A stretch of DNA of 64,000 nucleotides, taken from assembly GCA_027491915.1 (NCBI GenBank), contig JAOZGC010000001.1:64001-128000 (forward strand). The letters run 5' to 3'. The position numbers and the translations under genes were made by a program. The stretch is from Thermoproteota archaeon (lineage in GTDB: Archaea > Korarchaeota > Korarchaeia > Korarchaeales > Korarchaeaceae). Shown piece after piece: positions 1-8,917 of the stretch (the first letter of the stretch is position 1; each line of letters starts with the position of its first letter). The notes under the pieces were generated by a model. That model saw nothing but the letters and a program-made list of their open reading frames with translations. It was not told the origin of the DNA and searched no databases.

Positions 1-1
1 C

Positions 2-637
2 ATGGTGGGGGCCGCCGTATACCTGCTGGGGAGGCGCGGCGGGGGGGCCAGGCCGGCTCCGAGGACCCCGACCGCCCCTGCCGGGCCGGCTGCCCCGATC
101 CGGCCCCCGCCGCCGGGCGCGCCCCCGGAGGAGACCGCTGGCGAGGGAGCGGTCGAGGTCGGGGCGTCGGCGCCGGTGTCGGAGGCCGAGGTAGAGCCCC
201 TGGAGGAGTCCCTCTCGAGAAGGCTGCGGGCCGTGAGATCCGACCTGGAGGCCGCACGGGGAAGGCTTAGCGAGGGGATCCCGGGATTGGAGGGAAGGCT
301 GAGGGAGGTCGCCAAGGTGGTCTCGGAGGCCGAGGTGGCCCTGGGCCTCGGCGACTTGGAGCACGCGGGGGAGTCGGTCAGGAGGGCCGAGGAGGCCATG
401 GACTCGCTCAGGGGATTCTTGGATCAGTACGACAACGTGTTCAGGGGGCCAGGGTGGTCCCAGGTGGAGAGGAGGATAACGACCATGCTGAAGGTCTGGG
501 GGAGGGCGCCGGCAACCATGCTGACCATGGTCCCGCCGGAGATGAGGCTGGCCGCCCTGCAGAGATACCTGGAATCCCACCGCGACGCGAACTTGGAGCT
601 CAGGGGGGACGAGCTCCGCCTCGTCGAGGGGGGCTGA
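2..637 (+). CDS. Partial (5'-truncated) membrane-anchored protein: end of TM helix, Pro/Ala linker, coiled coil, small C-terminal domain
   Basis: VGAAVYLLGRR looks like a TM end plus basic stop-transfer; Pro-rich linker; heptad-like E/R/L/A region; host-like codon usage; ORF runs from the window edge. Confidence 0.7.
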   Translation: MVGAAVYLLGRRGGGARPAPRTPTAPAGPAAPIRPPPPGAPPEETAGEGAVEVGASAPVSEAEVEPLEESLSRRLRAVRSDLEAARGRLSEGIPGLEGRLREVAKVVSEAEVALGLGDLEHAGESVRRAEEAMDSLRGFLDQYDNVFRGPGWSQVERRITTMLKVWGRAPATMLTMVPPEMRLAALQRYLESHRDANLELRGDELRLVEGG

Positions 638-705
638 CCCCCCATCAACCCCCCTTATTAACCCCCCTCCACCTCTTTTTAAGGGCCCGGAGCCCGGCCG
701 ACCGG

Positions 706-1095
706 ATGACCTCTGTGAGGCTCGTGGTCCCTGTCGAGGGAGAGACCCTGGGAGAGGGAGAGGCCCTGGAGGCGAGGCCGCTCGGTGGGCGCCCCCCCTG
801 GGGGTGCCTGGCGGTCATAGACATAGACGAGTCCGGGATCCTGAGGATGCTCACCTTCCTGAGGATGGAGCTCTCCGACCCGTCCAGCGCGGCTGACGTC
901 CTCCTCGACCTGAGACCGGACGCGCTCGTCGGCGGGAGAGTGCCGCCGGATCTCCTGGTGGCCCTGATCGAGAACGACGTCCAGGTCTTCGGCGGTGACT
1001 TCTCCTCCCTCCGCGAGGTGGTGGAGGCCTACCTGTCCGGGAGGCTGAGGCCCATAATACCGGGCACCGGGGGCGTGTCCCGCCCCCTGAACTGA
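706..1095 (+). CDS. NifB/NifX (dinitrogenase FeMo-cofactor-binding) family-like small protein
   Basis: ATG at 706 inside ORF 454..1095, after AT-rich boxes at 655-682; ends LREVVEAYLSGRL as is typical of this family; about 130 aa. Confidence 0.55.
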   Translation: MTSVRLVVPVEGETLGEGEALEARPLGGRPPWGCLAVIDIDESGILRMLTFLRMELSDPSSAADVLLDLRPDALVGGRVPPDLLVALIENDVQVFGGDFSSLREVVEAYLSGRLRPIIPGTGGVSRPLN

Positions 1096-1105
1096 GGGAT
1101 CCCAC

Positions 1106-1315
1106 ATGCCCAGGTACGTGGTCCGGCTGCAGGAGAAGAGGTGGGAGAGGGAGGGTAGGGAGTACGTCTCCTTCGTGCTCACCCTCCCCAAGCCCCTGGC
1201 CGAGGTGATGGCGGTGGCCAGGGGGGACCGCTTCGAGGTCAGGCTGGAGCCGGGCGGGGTGTGTTACAGGCTCATCCCGAGGAGGGAGTCCAGGGCGGCG
1301 GTCCTCCCGCTCTAG
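1106..1315 (+). CDS. AbrB/MazE/SpoVT-family DNA-binding protein
   Basis: 69 aa; SFVLTLPKPLAEVMAVARGDRFEVRLE matches the swapped-hairpin pattern. Confidence 0.75.
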   Translation: MPRYVVRLQEKRWEREGREYVSFVLTLPKPLAEVMAVARGDRFEVRLEPGGVCYRLIPRRESRAAVLPL

Positions 1316-1342
1316 CCGCCCTCCCCCACCCACCCGTCCTCC

Positions 1343-2545
1343 TCACTCCACGTAGAGGAGGAACCCCTTGAGATATTCCGTCCACGGGTGCCTCGGGTCC
1401 ACCGGGTGATCCGGCGAGGCGCCCCTGACCCCGCCCAGGAATCTGATCTCCCTTCCGGCCCTCTCGGCCGCCGATATCACTATCCTCCTCAACCTCTCCG
1501 GGGTGACGAACCTGCTGCAGCTGCTGGTGAACATGATCCCGCCCGACCTCACCAGCCCCATGGCCGCCGAGTTGGCCGCGAGGTAGGTCCTCTCGCCGGA
1601 TTTAACCCTGTCCCTCGACGGGACCAGGGCCGGCGGGTCGAGCACGACCAGGTCGAACCTCTCTCCCCTCCTGGAGGCGGCCTCCACGTAGTCCCTCACC
1701 CTCGACCTGACGGCGCTCACCCTCCCCGCGAGGCCGTTCAGCTCTGAGTTGACGAGGCACCCCTCCACCGCGTACTCGGACTCGTCCACCGCGACGGCCC
1801 TCCTGGCGCCCCCCGCCAGGGCGTGGAGGGCGAACCCCCCGGTGTAAGAGTAGAGATCGAGGACCTCCCCCCCCTCGGGCGAGATCTCCTCCACCTCCAT
1901 CCTGTTGTCCCTCTGATCTATGAAGAAACCCGTCTTCTGTCCCCTCATCACGTCCACCTCGAACTCCAGGGGGCCCTCGTGTATCCTGACCCTGGACCCC
2001 CCCTCACCCCATATCCTGGATCTCCACGTCGGGAGTCCCACCTCCCTCCTGGTCCTGCCGTCGTTCCTGCAGAACACGGCCCTAAGGTCAAACTTCCTGG
2101 CCAGCACGTCGGCCACCTCGGAGAGCCTGGCGTCCATCCCCACGGACGTGGAGGACACAACCCCGACATCGCCGTATACGTCCACTATGAGGCCCGGAAG
2201 ACAGTCCGCCTCGCTGTGCACCAGCCTCATGAAGTCTCCCGTCTTGAGTCTCCTCCTCAAGGCCGCCGCCCTCTCCAGTCTCTCCTCCAAGAGGTCCGGG
2301 CCAGGCCTCTCGTCCCTCTCGGTCGAGAGCACCCTCACGGCCACCGCGCCGATCCCCTCGTAGAATCCCCACGCCAGGAACTCCCCGGACGGGTCCTTAA
2401 CCTTGACCACGTCGCCCGGCTCGACCGCCGAATCCACGCCGGTCATCCACTTCAGGTAGATGTTCAGCTCGCCCCTCCTTATCCTCTCGACTCCCTCGCC
2501 GCGGATCGTGAGGCTCCCGGCGGGATTCCACCCCAATCCATTCAT
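1343..2545 (-). CDS. PUA-domain class I SAM-dependent rRNA m5C methyltransferase (RlmI-like)
   Basis: GQKTGFFIDQRDNR, VLDLYSYTGGF, DLVVLDPP, SSCS motifs; ATG at 2545 overlaps the upstream gene stop (ATGA). Confidence 0.9.
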   Translation of the reverse strand: MNGLGWNPAGSLTIRGEGVERIRRGELNIYLKWMTGVDSAVEPGDVVKVKDPSGEFLAWGFYEGIGAVAVRVLSTERDERPGPDLLEERLERAAALRRRLKTGDFMRLVHSEADCLPGLIVDVYGDVGVVSSTSVGMDARLSEVADVLARKFDLRAVFCRNDGRTRREVGLPTWRSRIWGEGGSRVRIHEGPLEFEVDVMRGQKTGFFIDQRDNRMEVEEISPEGGEVLDLYSYTGGFALHALAGGARRAVAVDESEYAVEGCLVNSELNGLAGRVSAVRSRVRDYVEAASRRGERFDLVVLDPPALVPSRDRVKSGERTYLAANSAAMGLVRSGGIMFTSSCSRFVTPERLRRIVISAAERAGREIRFLGGVRGASPDHPVDPRHPWTEYLKGFLLYVE

Positions 2546-3699
2546 CCTCCCTTCCCGGGGATAAGAGGTCCCTCGGGCAGGCCGGCGCTGATCACCTCGG
2601 GGCCGGACGCCCTCACCACCACGGTATCCTCTATCCTGATTCCCCCCCACCCCTTCAGGTACACCCCGGGCTCCACCGTCACGGCCATCCTTCTTGCCAG
2701 CCTCCCCCTGGCCCCGACGAGCAGCCTGGGCATCTCGTGCACCTCCAGCCCGACCCCGTGACCCAGCCCGTGTACGTAATAGTCCAACAGGCCGCTCGAC
2801 TTGAGCACCCTCCTGGCCTCCGCGTCCGGCTCGGAGACCGGGACCCCGGGCCTCACGGCCTCCATCGCTGCCGACTTGGCCCTCCTGACCGCCTCGAACC
2901 TCTTCGAGAATTTCTCATCTGGCCCGCCCAGGTGGAACGTTCTGGTCATGTCGCTTGCGTAGCCCTCCACCGAGGCCCCCCAGTCGAGTAGGACCGCCTC
3001 CCCCTCCCCCAGCCTCCTCATCGTCGGGACGTGGTGGGCGTTGAAGGTGTGCTCCCCGAAGGCCACTATGGGGGGGAAGCTAGGTCCCTCCGCGCCGAGC
3101 TCCCTCATCTCGAACAGGAGCCGGTTGGCCACCTCTCGCTCGGTAACTCCGGGTCTGAGGTGCTCGGCGGCGCGGTAGAACGCCTCCACCGCCGTCCTGG
3201 CGCTCTCCCTGAGCAGGGATATCTCAACCTCGCTCTTGACGGACCTCATCTTGCCTATCTCCTTCCCGACGTCGAGGGTCGGCAGGCTCCTCCTGCCGCC
3301 GACAATCCTCTTAAGGGCCTTCCTGACCTCTCCTCTGAATTCGAGACTTCCATCGACCCCTATTCTCTTCAGGGGGACTCCCCCATCTCTGAGCATCTCC
3401 ACGGCCCTCCCCAGCGGGTCCGCCTTCTTGACGTCTCTCCTTTCGAGTCCGTAGTGAGGGATCACGGTCTCCACCCAGAACGGGCTCTCCTCTTCGGCCA
3501 ACCCGTCGCCGAACGCGTACACCGCGACCAAGAAGGGTTCTCCTTCCAGCGGGATGGCGAGGACGGAAGACTCCGCGGTGCCGGCCAGGTACCTCATGTC
3601 CGCCCTGTTCCCCACGAGGCAGGCGTCGATCCCCCTCCTCCCCATGAACCTCCTGAGCCTGGCCACCCTTCCCTCATACTCGCTGACGGGTACGGGCAT
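2542..3699 (-). CDS. Xaa-Pro dipeptidase/aminopeptidase (M24B)
   Basis: Creatinase-like N-domain; D-x10-D (DWG...SDMTRT), HGLGHGVGLEVHE, TVEPGVY, GIRIED. Confidence 0.92.
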   Translation of the reverse strand: MPVPVSEYEGRVARLRRFMGRRGIDACLVGNRADMRYLAGTAESSVLAIPLEGEPFLVAVYAFGDGLAEEESPFWVETVIPHYGLERRDVKKADPLGRAVEMLRDGGVPLKRIGVDGSLEFRGEVRKALKRIVGGRRSLPTLDVGKEIGKMRSVKSEVEISLLRESARTAVEAFYRAAEHLRPGVTEREVANRLLFEMRELGAEGPSFPPIVAFGEHTFNAHHVPTMRRLGEGEAVLLDWGASVEGYASDMTRTFHLGGPDEKFSKRFEAVRRAKSAAMEAVRPGVPVSEPDAEARRVLKSSGLLDYYVHGLGHGVGLEVHEMPRLLVGARGRLARRMAVTVEPGVYLKGWGGIRIEDTVVVRASGPEVISAGLPEGPLIPGKGG

Positions 3700-3784
3700 C
3701 CGCAGGTCGGCGCCCCCCAGGATATTACGCTTTCCCGTCCCCCCGGGGGCATTAGCTTATTATCTGTCCGAGGCAGCCCGTGGG

Positions 3785-4234
3785 ATGGCTAATAGAGAAG
3801 GAGTGAGGATGCTGATAAACCAGATCGTGGCCATATCCGTGGTGGCCACGCTCTTGTGGGCCCTCTCCCGCCTGCTGGTGATAGGGGTGCCCGTAATAGA
3901 GTCCCCCATCTTCGTCACCGTCGGAGATCTCTTGGTACTGATCGTGGCGCTCGTTCTGGCCTACCTGGTGGTCGGGCTGGGGACCCCCGTGGGCGTCATC
4001 TTCGCCGGCTCTATGGGAGGCAGGACTGCGGCCGTGGCCTCGTCGGCTGCCTCCAAGGCCCTCTGGCTGGTCGCCCTGGGCATAATCTACTTCTCCCTGG
4101 GGAAGCTGGGTAGGTCAGCCCTGGCCATTCCCTTCGGAGCGGACCAGGCGCCGACGGTCTACGACGCCGCGTTCCTCTTCCTAGGGCTGGTGACAGTCTA
4201 CCTCCTGGCCAAGACCCTCTCCGACCTCCTCTGA
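3785..4234 (+). CDS. Hypothetical membrane protein (about 4 TM)
   Basis: Four hydrophobic stretches; ATG 3785 about 25 nt after TTATTAT. Confidence 0.75.
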   Translation: MANREGVRMLINQIVAISVVATLLWALSRLLVIGVPVIESPIFVTVGDLLVLIVALVLAYLVVGLGTPVGVIFAGSMGGRTAAVASSAASKALWLVALGIIYFSLGKLGRSALAIPFGADQAPTVYDAAFLFLGLVTVYLLAKTLSDLL

Positions 4235-4236
4235 GG

Positions 4237-5721
4237 TCACCTGGCCGATCGTGGTACGGTCAGCGGGGCCCCCTCTTCCGGGAGCCTGACCCTGCCCCTG
4301 ATCTGTCGGGGCAGGTAGGCCCGGAGGAGGTCCGGGTGGAGGCTGTGAATCGGGATGACCACCTGGGGGTCCACCTCGGAGACCATCCTCGCGAGATCCT
4401 CTGGATAGGCGTGGCCCGAGACGTGTATCCTGTAGTACACGTCGACCCCGTAAAGGGAGAGCCACCCCAGCACCCTGTCCAACCCCAGGGCGGTCTCCTC
4501 GCTGAAGGGCTCCGACCTGCTCATCACGAAGGTGATCCCCGCGTCGATCCCGGAGGGCGGCAGGAGGTCCTTCAGCAGCCTGGCCGGGTTCGCGGTCAGC
4601 ACGATGTAGCCCGCCCCATCCCTCAGGAGCCTCCCCCTGCCCTCCTCACCCCACATCACCTCCCCGCCGAAACCCTCGGCCAGGGACCTCACCGCCCTGG
4701 ATCTGCCCTCCAGGTAGGCCTCCCCCGATCCCCCCCTCAACTTCTTCTTCCTGAGGAGGAGGTCGTAGTCGCCCCCTCGGGGCAGGTCCCCCACGAGGCC
4801 CGACCGACCAAGCCTGTCCACGATGACGGCGTGGGACTCCGACATGACCAGCCTCCTCCCGACGGACCCGGCGACCCTCCAGACCGTCCTGATCCTGTCC
4901 ACGTCGGCGGGCCCCGAGTCCACCACGACCAGGGAGTCGGGCCTCTCCTCCAGGACCTCCCCCATCCTCTCCCCGACCTCGCGCTCCGACCTGGCCTCCA
5001 GCCTGACCCTCTTGGGGACCCTGGATCCCATCTTGGCGGACGCCATGGCCTCTATCAGCCTGATGACGGCCGATTCCGGGTCTCCCTCCGGGGCCAGGTT
5101 GGTCCCCTCCGTTATCAGGGTGCCGATCCCCTCCTCCCTGGCCGCCTCGACGAAATCCTCCGTCAGATAACCCTTTTCCCCGTGAAATCTCAGATCCCCG
5201 GTGTAGGCCAGGCTCTCGCCGCCGCACCTGACCAGGAAGCCGTAGGATCCGGGGATGGAGTGATCCACATGGATCGGGATCGCCTGGAAGTCTCCGGCCG
5301 GCTCGATCTCCCTCCCGGTCGAGAACGTCTCGACGGACAGGTGGTCAAATCTCCTCCTCCAATCCCTCCTGGCGGACAGCTCCTCCCTGGCCTCCACTAT
5401 CGACCAGGCCGCCTCCCCGACGAAGACCCTGGTCCCGGGTCCGAGCACCGGCGCGTACCCTATGTGATCCCAGTGCGCGTGGGAGATCAGCACCGCGCCC
5501 CCATCCCAGGCGTTCGGCCCGTACAGCCCGCCCACGCGCGGCAGCAGGCCGGTCTTCAGCATGTCCCCGACGTCCGTCGGGGCGAGGAAGGGAGGATCGA
5601 AGTAGAGGGACTCCCTCTGATAGCTGGCCCCGAAGTCCAGCAGGACCCCGCGATCCCCGCACTCGACGAGGACCTTGTTCCCCCCTATCTCACCGATCCC
5701 ACCGAGAACCCTGACCCTCAA
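4237..5721 (-). CDS. Metallo-beta-lactamase/beta-CASP nuclease (RNase J-like)
   Basis: GGIGEIGGN, LLDFG, ISHAHWDH, VDHSIPG, YTGDLR, IHVSGHA, PIHS; start placed at TTG 5721 (ORF track extends to 5796). Confidence 0.85.
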   Translation of the reverse strand: MRVRVLGGIGEIGGNKVLVECGDRGVLLDFGASYQRESLYFDPPFLAPTDVGDMLKTGLLPRVGGLYGPNAWDGGAVLISHAHWDHIGYAPVLGPGTRVFVGEAAWSIVEAREELSARRDWRRRFDHLSVETFSTGREIEPAGDFQAIPIHVDHSIPGSYGFLVRCGGESLAYTGDLRFHGEKGYLTEDFVEAAREEGIGTLITEGTNLAPEGDPESAVIRLIEAMASAKMGSRVPKRVRLEARSEREVGERMGEVLEERPDSLVVVDSGPADVDRIRTVWRVAGSVGRRLVMSESHAVIVDRLGRSGLVGDLPRGGDYDLLLRKKKLRGGSGEAYLEGRSRAVRSLAEGFGGEVMWGEEGRGRLLRDGAGYIVLTANPARLLKDLLPPSGIDAGITFVMSRSEPFSEETALGLDRVLGWLSLYGVDVYYRIHVSGHAYPEDLARMVSEVDPQVVIPIHSLHPDLLRAYLPRQIRGRVRLPEEGAPLTVPRSAR

Positions 5722-5827
5722 CGGGTCCGCCGCCGCCCCGCACTTATTACTCCTCCGGCCGGTCCGTCGGCCTCCGCCCCCCGCGCGGCTGTCCATTTTT
5801 TATACATGAGCGCCGGTTCATCCGGCG

Positions 5828-6985
5828 ATGAGGGTCCTCCCGGCGGTCCTGGCCGCGGCCGTGATCCTGGCCGCGGCCGCCGTCTGCCGAGCCCAGGAGG
5901 GGATCTCCCTCCACATCTTCGGTTCCTCCGCCTGCCCAGAGTGCTGCGAGCTGAAGGACACCCTCTCAAGCCTTTTCGGTGCCGAGTCCATCCGGTTCTA
6001 TGAGGTAATGGGGAACGAGACCAACTTGAAGAGCCTCAGGGAGGCGTCAGAACTGGCCTTCCCGGGCGAGCCCCCCATCTACCCCCTGACGGGCGTGTTC
6101 TCTGGTGGGAGGCTGGTGGCCGTGGTCAGGGGCAACCCCGGAAAATCGATCTGGCTCGACCTCTCGACCAGATCTGGGGCTCCCGTGGCGGTCGGGCCGG
6201 GCGGCGAGGAGATGCCCATCCCGCCCGAGGCGATCCCGAGGCTGGAGTCCCTCCTCCGGGGGGGTCGAGAGACCGGCGTCGGTCGGGGCCCAGGCGGGGG
6301 GAACTCCACCTGCCGCTCCGTCGGCTGGGAGGTGGTGGCGGCCATCCTCTCTGCCGCGGCGGCCGACTCAGTCAATCCCTGCACCTTCAGCGTCTTCACC
6401 GCCCTGACCCTCCTGGCGGCCGCGGCCGGGGGCAGGAGGAGGGCCTCCTCCTCGGGGGCAGCCTTCATAGCAGCCGTCTTCCTGACCTACACCGCCCTGG
6501 GGTTCGGCCTGATCGGGGTGTTCTCCTACGTTCCGTGGGTGAGGTACGCGGTCGGCGCGCTGGGACTGGCGGTGGGGGCCTACGAGGTGGCCTCCTCCCT
6601 TGGGGGAGAATTCAGATCCCCCCTCCCCGGGCCGCTCTACAGGCTCACGTCCGGACTGGTAGACAGGGTGTCATCGTCGGCCGGCGTGCCCCTGGCCTTC
6701 TTGGGGGGCGTCGTGATAAGCCTCACCCTGCTCCCCTGCTCCTCCGGGCCCTACCTGGTGGCGACGTCCCTCCTGTCCGGACTGCCCCCCGGGATCAGGG
6801 TCTCTCTGCTGCTGGCGTACAACGCGATCTTCGTCGCCCCCCTGGCGGCCATACTGGCGGCCGTGCTCCTGCTGGAGAGGTGGGAGAGGGGGATCAAGTC
6901 CTGGAGGAGCAGGAGGTTGTGGTTCCTCAACGTCCTGGCCGGCGCCCTCCTGATCGCGGTATCGGTCTTCGCCCTGCTGGGATGA
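5828..6985 (+). CDS. Thioredoxin/glutaredoxin-like (CPEC) domain fused to a CcdA/DsbD-beta membrane domain
   Basis: Signal peptide, SSACPEC, then DSVNPCTF and LLPCSSGPY conserved Cys motifs in a multi-TM domain. Confidence 0.85.
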   Translation: MRVLPAVLAAAVILAAAAVCRAQEGISLHIFGSSACPECCELKDTLSSLFGAESIRFYEVMGNETNLKSLREASELAFPGEPPIYPLTGVFSGGRLVAVVRGNPGKSIWLDLSTRSGAPVAVGPGGEEMPIPPEAIPRLESLLRGGRETGVGRGPGGGNSTCRSVGWEVVAAILSAAAADSVNPCTFSVFTALTLLAAAAGGRRRASSSGAAFIAAVFLTYTALGFGLIGVFSYVPWVRYAVGALGLAVGAYEVASSLGGEFRSPLPGPLYRLTSGLVDRVSSSAGVPLAFLGGVVISLTLLPCSSGPYLVATSLLSGLPPGIRVSLLLAYNAIFVAPLAAILAAVLLLERWERGIKSWRSRRLWFLNVLAGALLIAVSVFALLG

Positions 6986-7025
6986 TTGGAAATCTTTTTC
7001 TTTTGAGGCGGAGCGCTGGCGTCGG

Positions 7026-7682
7026 GTGATCCGACTGAGCGCCGACCTGGGAAGGTTTGACCCGTCTTACATGATCGGGAAGGCCCTCTCCCTTCTGCTC
7101 AACCCCGCCGGGGCCTACTACACCATGCTGGAGATAAGGGAGAGTCACCCGGGGCTCCTCACCGGCATCGTCTTCGTCGCCTTGATCTCCGTGCTCGAAG
7201 CCTTGGGACAGCTGCTGGGGATTTTCCTGGCCATCCACACCCTCCTCGGTCCCCTCCCTGGAATGGCCGGCGTCTTCCTCGCGCGGGCCCTGCTGACCTC
7301 CCTCGTAGTCGGGCCGATCGTGGGAGTGATAGGGTGGCTCATACTGACCCTGATATCCTACGTGATCGGCAAGATCGTCAGGGGAGAGCCCGTGGAGGTG
7401 CCCATGGGGGAGTTCTCGTCGCTGGCCGTCATGTTCGCCTTCGCCGCGGCCCCCGGGATCCTGATGATCATCCCCTGGATGGCCGCAGGCCCAGCCCTGG
7501 CGTGGCTCGTCAACCTGGCGGTGGGGGCCTGGTCCTACTACTACACCTGGACCGCGGCCAGGGCCATGTTCGAGGTCGACGAGATGAAGGCCGTCATAAT
7601 AACTGCTATTCAGCTCCTGATGTTCCTGTGGTCTCTGATCTCAACCCCGTGGGCCTTCACGGCGGGAGTCGCGCTGCCCTGA
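7026..7682 (+). CDS. Yip1-family membrane protein
   Basis: LLLNPAGAY N-motif, about 5 TM helices, FAFAAAP pattern. Confidence 0.65.
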   Translation: MIRLSADLGRFDPSYMIGKALSLLLNPAGAYYTMLEIRESHPGLLTGIVFVALISVLEALGQLLGIFLAIHTLLGPLPGMAGVFLARALLTSLVVGPIVGVIGWLILTLISYVIGKIVRGEPVEVPMGEFSSLAVMFAFAAAPGILMIIPWMAAGPALAWLVNLAVGAWSYYYTWTAARAMFEVDEMKAVIITAIQLLMFLWSLISTPWAFTAGVALP

Positions 7683-8677
7683 GGGGGCCCGGTTCGTGGG
7701 TCCCGCCGCCCTCCCCCCCTCCCGCCGGGACCGCAGGCCCTCCTCCACCCCACCTCCTCCAGCGCTGCCCCCAGGAGCAGGGGCGTCACGATGGTCGCGT
7801 CGCCCACCACCGTGACCCTGGCCGCCCCCTCCGAGATCTTCCCCCAGGACACCGCCTCCCTGTCCCTGGCCCCGGAGAGGCTGCCGTCGTACTCGGCCGC
7901 GGTGGTCACGTAGACGGCGTAATCCAGGCCCCCCTTGAACATGTTCCACCCTATCGTGTGGTGCTTGGCTATACCCCCGCCCAGGATCAGCGCGCCTGTC
8001 TTCTCCGCCCCGAACACCAGCTCCGCCAACTCGACCTGATCCCTGAGCACGTCCACCTGGAAGTCGGGGTGCGACTCCCTGAACAGCCAGAGCTGGTTCC
8101 CCACCGCCCCGTCTGTTATCCCCGGAACGTACACCGGGACGCCGGCCTCGGCCGCCGCCCTCAGGATCGATCCCGGGCAGGCAAGCTCCTCCCCCATCCT
8201 CCCGACGAGCTCCGCGCACCCCCAGGTTCTCTTCTCCCCGTACGCCGAGGAGAGGAACGGCTGAATCTTCTCCTCCAGGGTCGTGAACTCAGAGATCGGC
8301 ACGAAGACGTTCCCCAGCCTGGCCACACCCCTTCTGTGCAGCTCGGCATCGTCGGCGTAGAAGGATCCCGGGCGGTACGACCCCCAGCACCTGATCAGGT
8401 CGTGGTCTATCGTCCCCGCCGTCGTCACCAGGACGTCGAACATCCCCAGCTCCAAGACCTGGGCCAGCACCCCCCTCAGTCCCGTGGCGACCAGGTTGGC
8501 CGTGAAGGCCAAGAACGTCTTGACCCCCATCTCGCCCCACATGGACGACAGTATCTCCACTCCCCTGGCCAGGTTGACCGCCTGGAACCCCCCCGACCTC
8601 CCGAGGGCGCGCGCCAGATCGGCGACCGTCATTCCGGGCTCCAAGCGGTAATCCTCGACCCTGACCTCCCCCCCCAA
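7610..8677 (-). CDS. dhs: Deoxyhypusine synthase
   Basis: GGFQA, FTANLVATGLR, TTAGTIDHDL, RLGNVFVP, GGGIAKHH, DGSLSGA...EAVSWGK; TTG start at 8677 inferred downstream of a TTAAAA box. Confidence 0.93.
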   Translation of the reverse strand: MGGEVRVEDYRLEPGMTVADLARALGRSGGFQAVNLARGVEILSSMWGEMGVKTFLAFTANLVATGLRGVLAQVLELGMFDVLVTTAGTIDHDLIRCWGSYRPGSFYADDAELHRRGVARLGNVFVPISEFTTLEEKIQPFLSSAYGEKRTWGCAELVGRMGEELACPGSILRAAAEAGVPVYVPGITDGAVGNQLWLFRESHPDFQVDVLRDQVELAELVFGAEKTGALILGGGIAKHHTIGWNMFKGGLDYAVYVTTAAEYDGSLSGARDREAVSWGKISEGAARVTVVGDATIVTPLLLGAALEEVGWRRACGPGGRGGGRRDPRTGPPQGSATPAVKAHGVEIRDHRNIRS

Positions 8678-8917
8678 GCCAGGTCGGCCTCCCGGCGATG
8701 CTCGGTCCCACCTTTTAATCTGTTTGCGGCTTCGCATAGTGACCCCATCCCAAAAGGAGGTTCCGGCGCCAACAGGGGGACTCCAGCGGCCGACGTCGCC
8801 GACCTCCGGGCGCCCCAGCGTGCCGCCGGGGGGGCATACTTATTTATTACCCAACCCGGGCGGTATAGCCTGCCCAATCGGGCAGATGCCCCCCAGTTTA
8901 TGGAGGGGATGGGAAAT

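Noticed and set aside
4336-6003. 555-aa plus-strand ORF and many similar long overlapping ORFs (e.g. 21557-23050, 49859-51301, 55953-57239)
   Set aside because: Shadow frames of well-supported genes, expected at this GC content; P/G/R-rich with no motifs
7334-8917. Apparent 1421-aa giant ORF
   Set aside because: The first 528 codons are low-complexity readthrough, mostly antisense to deoxyhypusine synthase; the real SBP starts at ATG 8918 with a signal peptide
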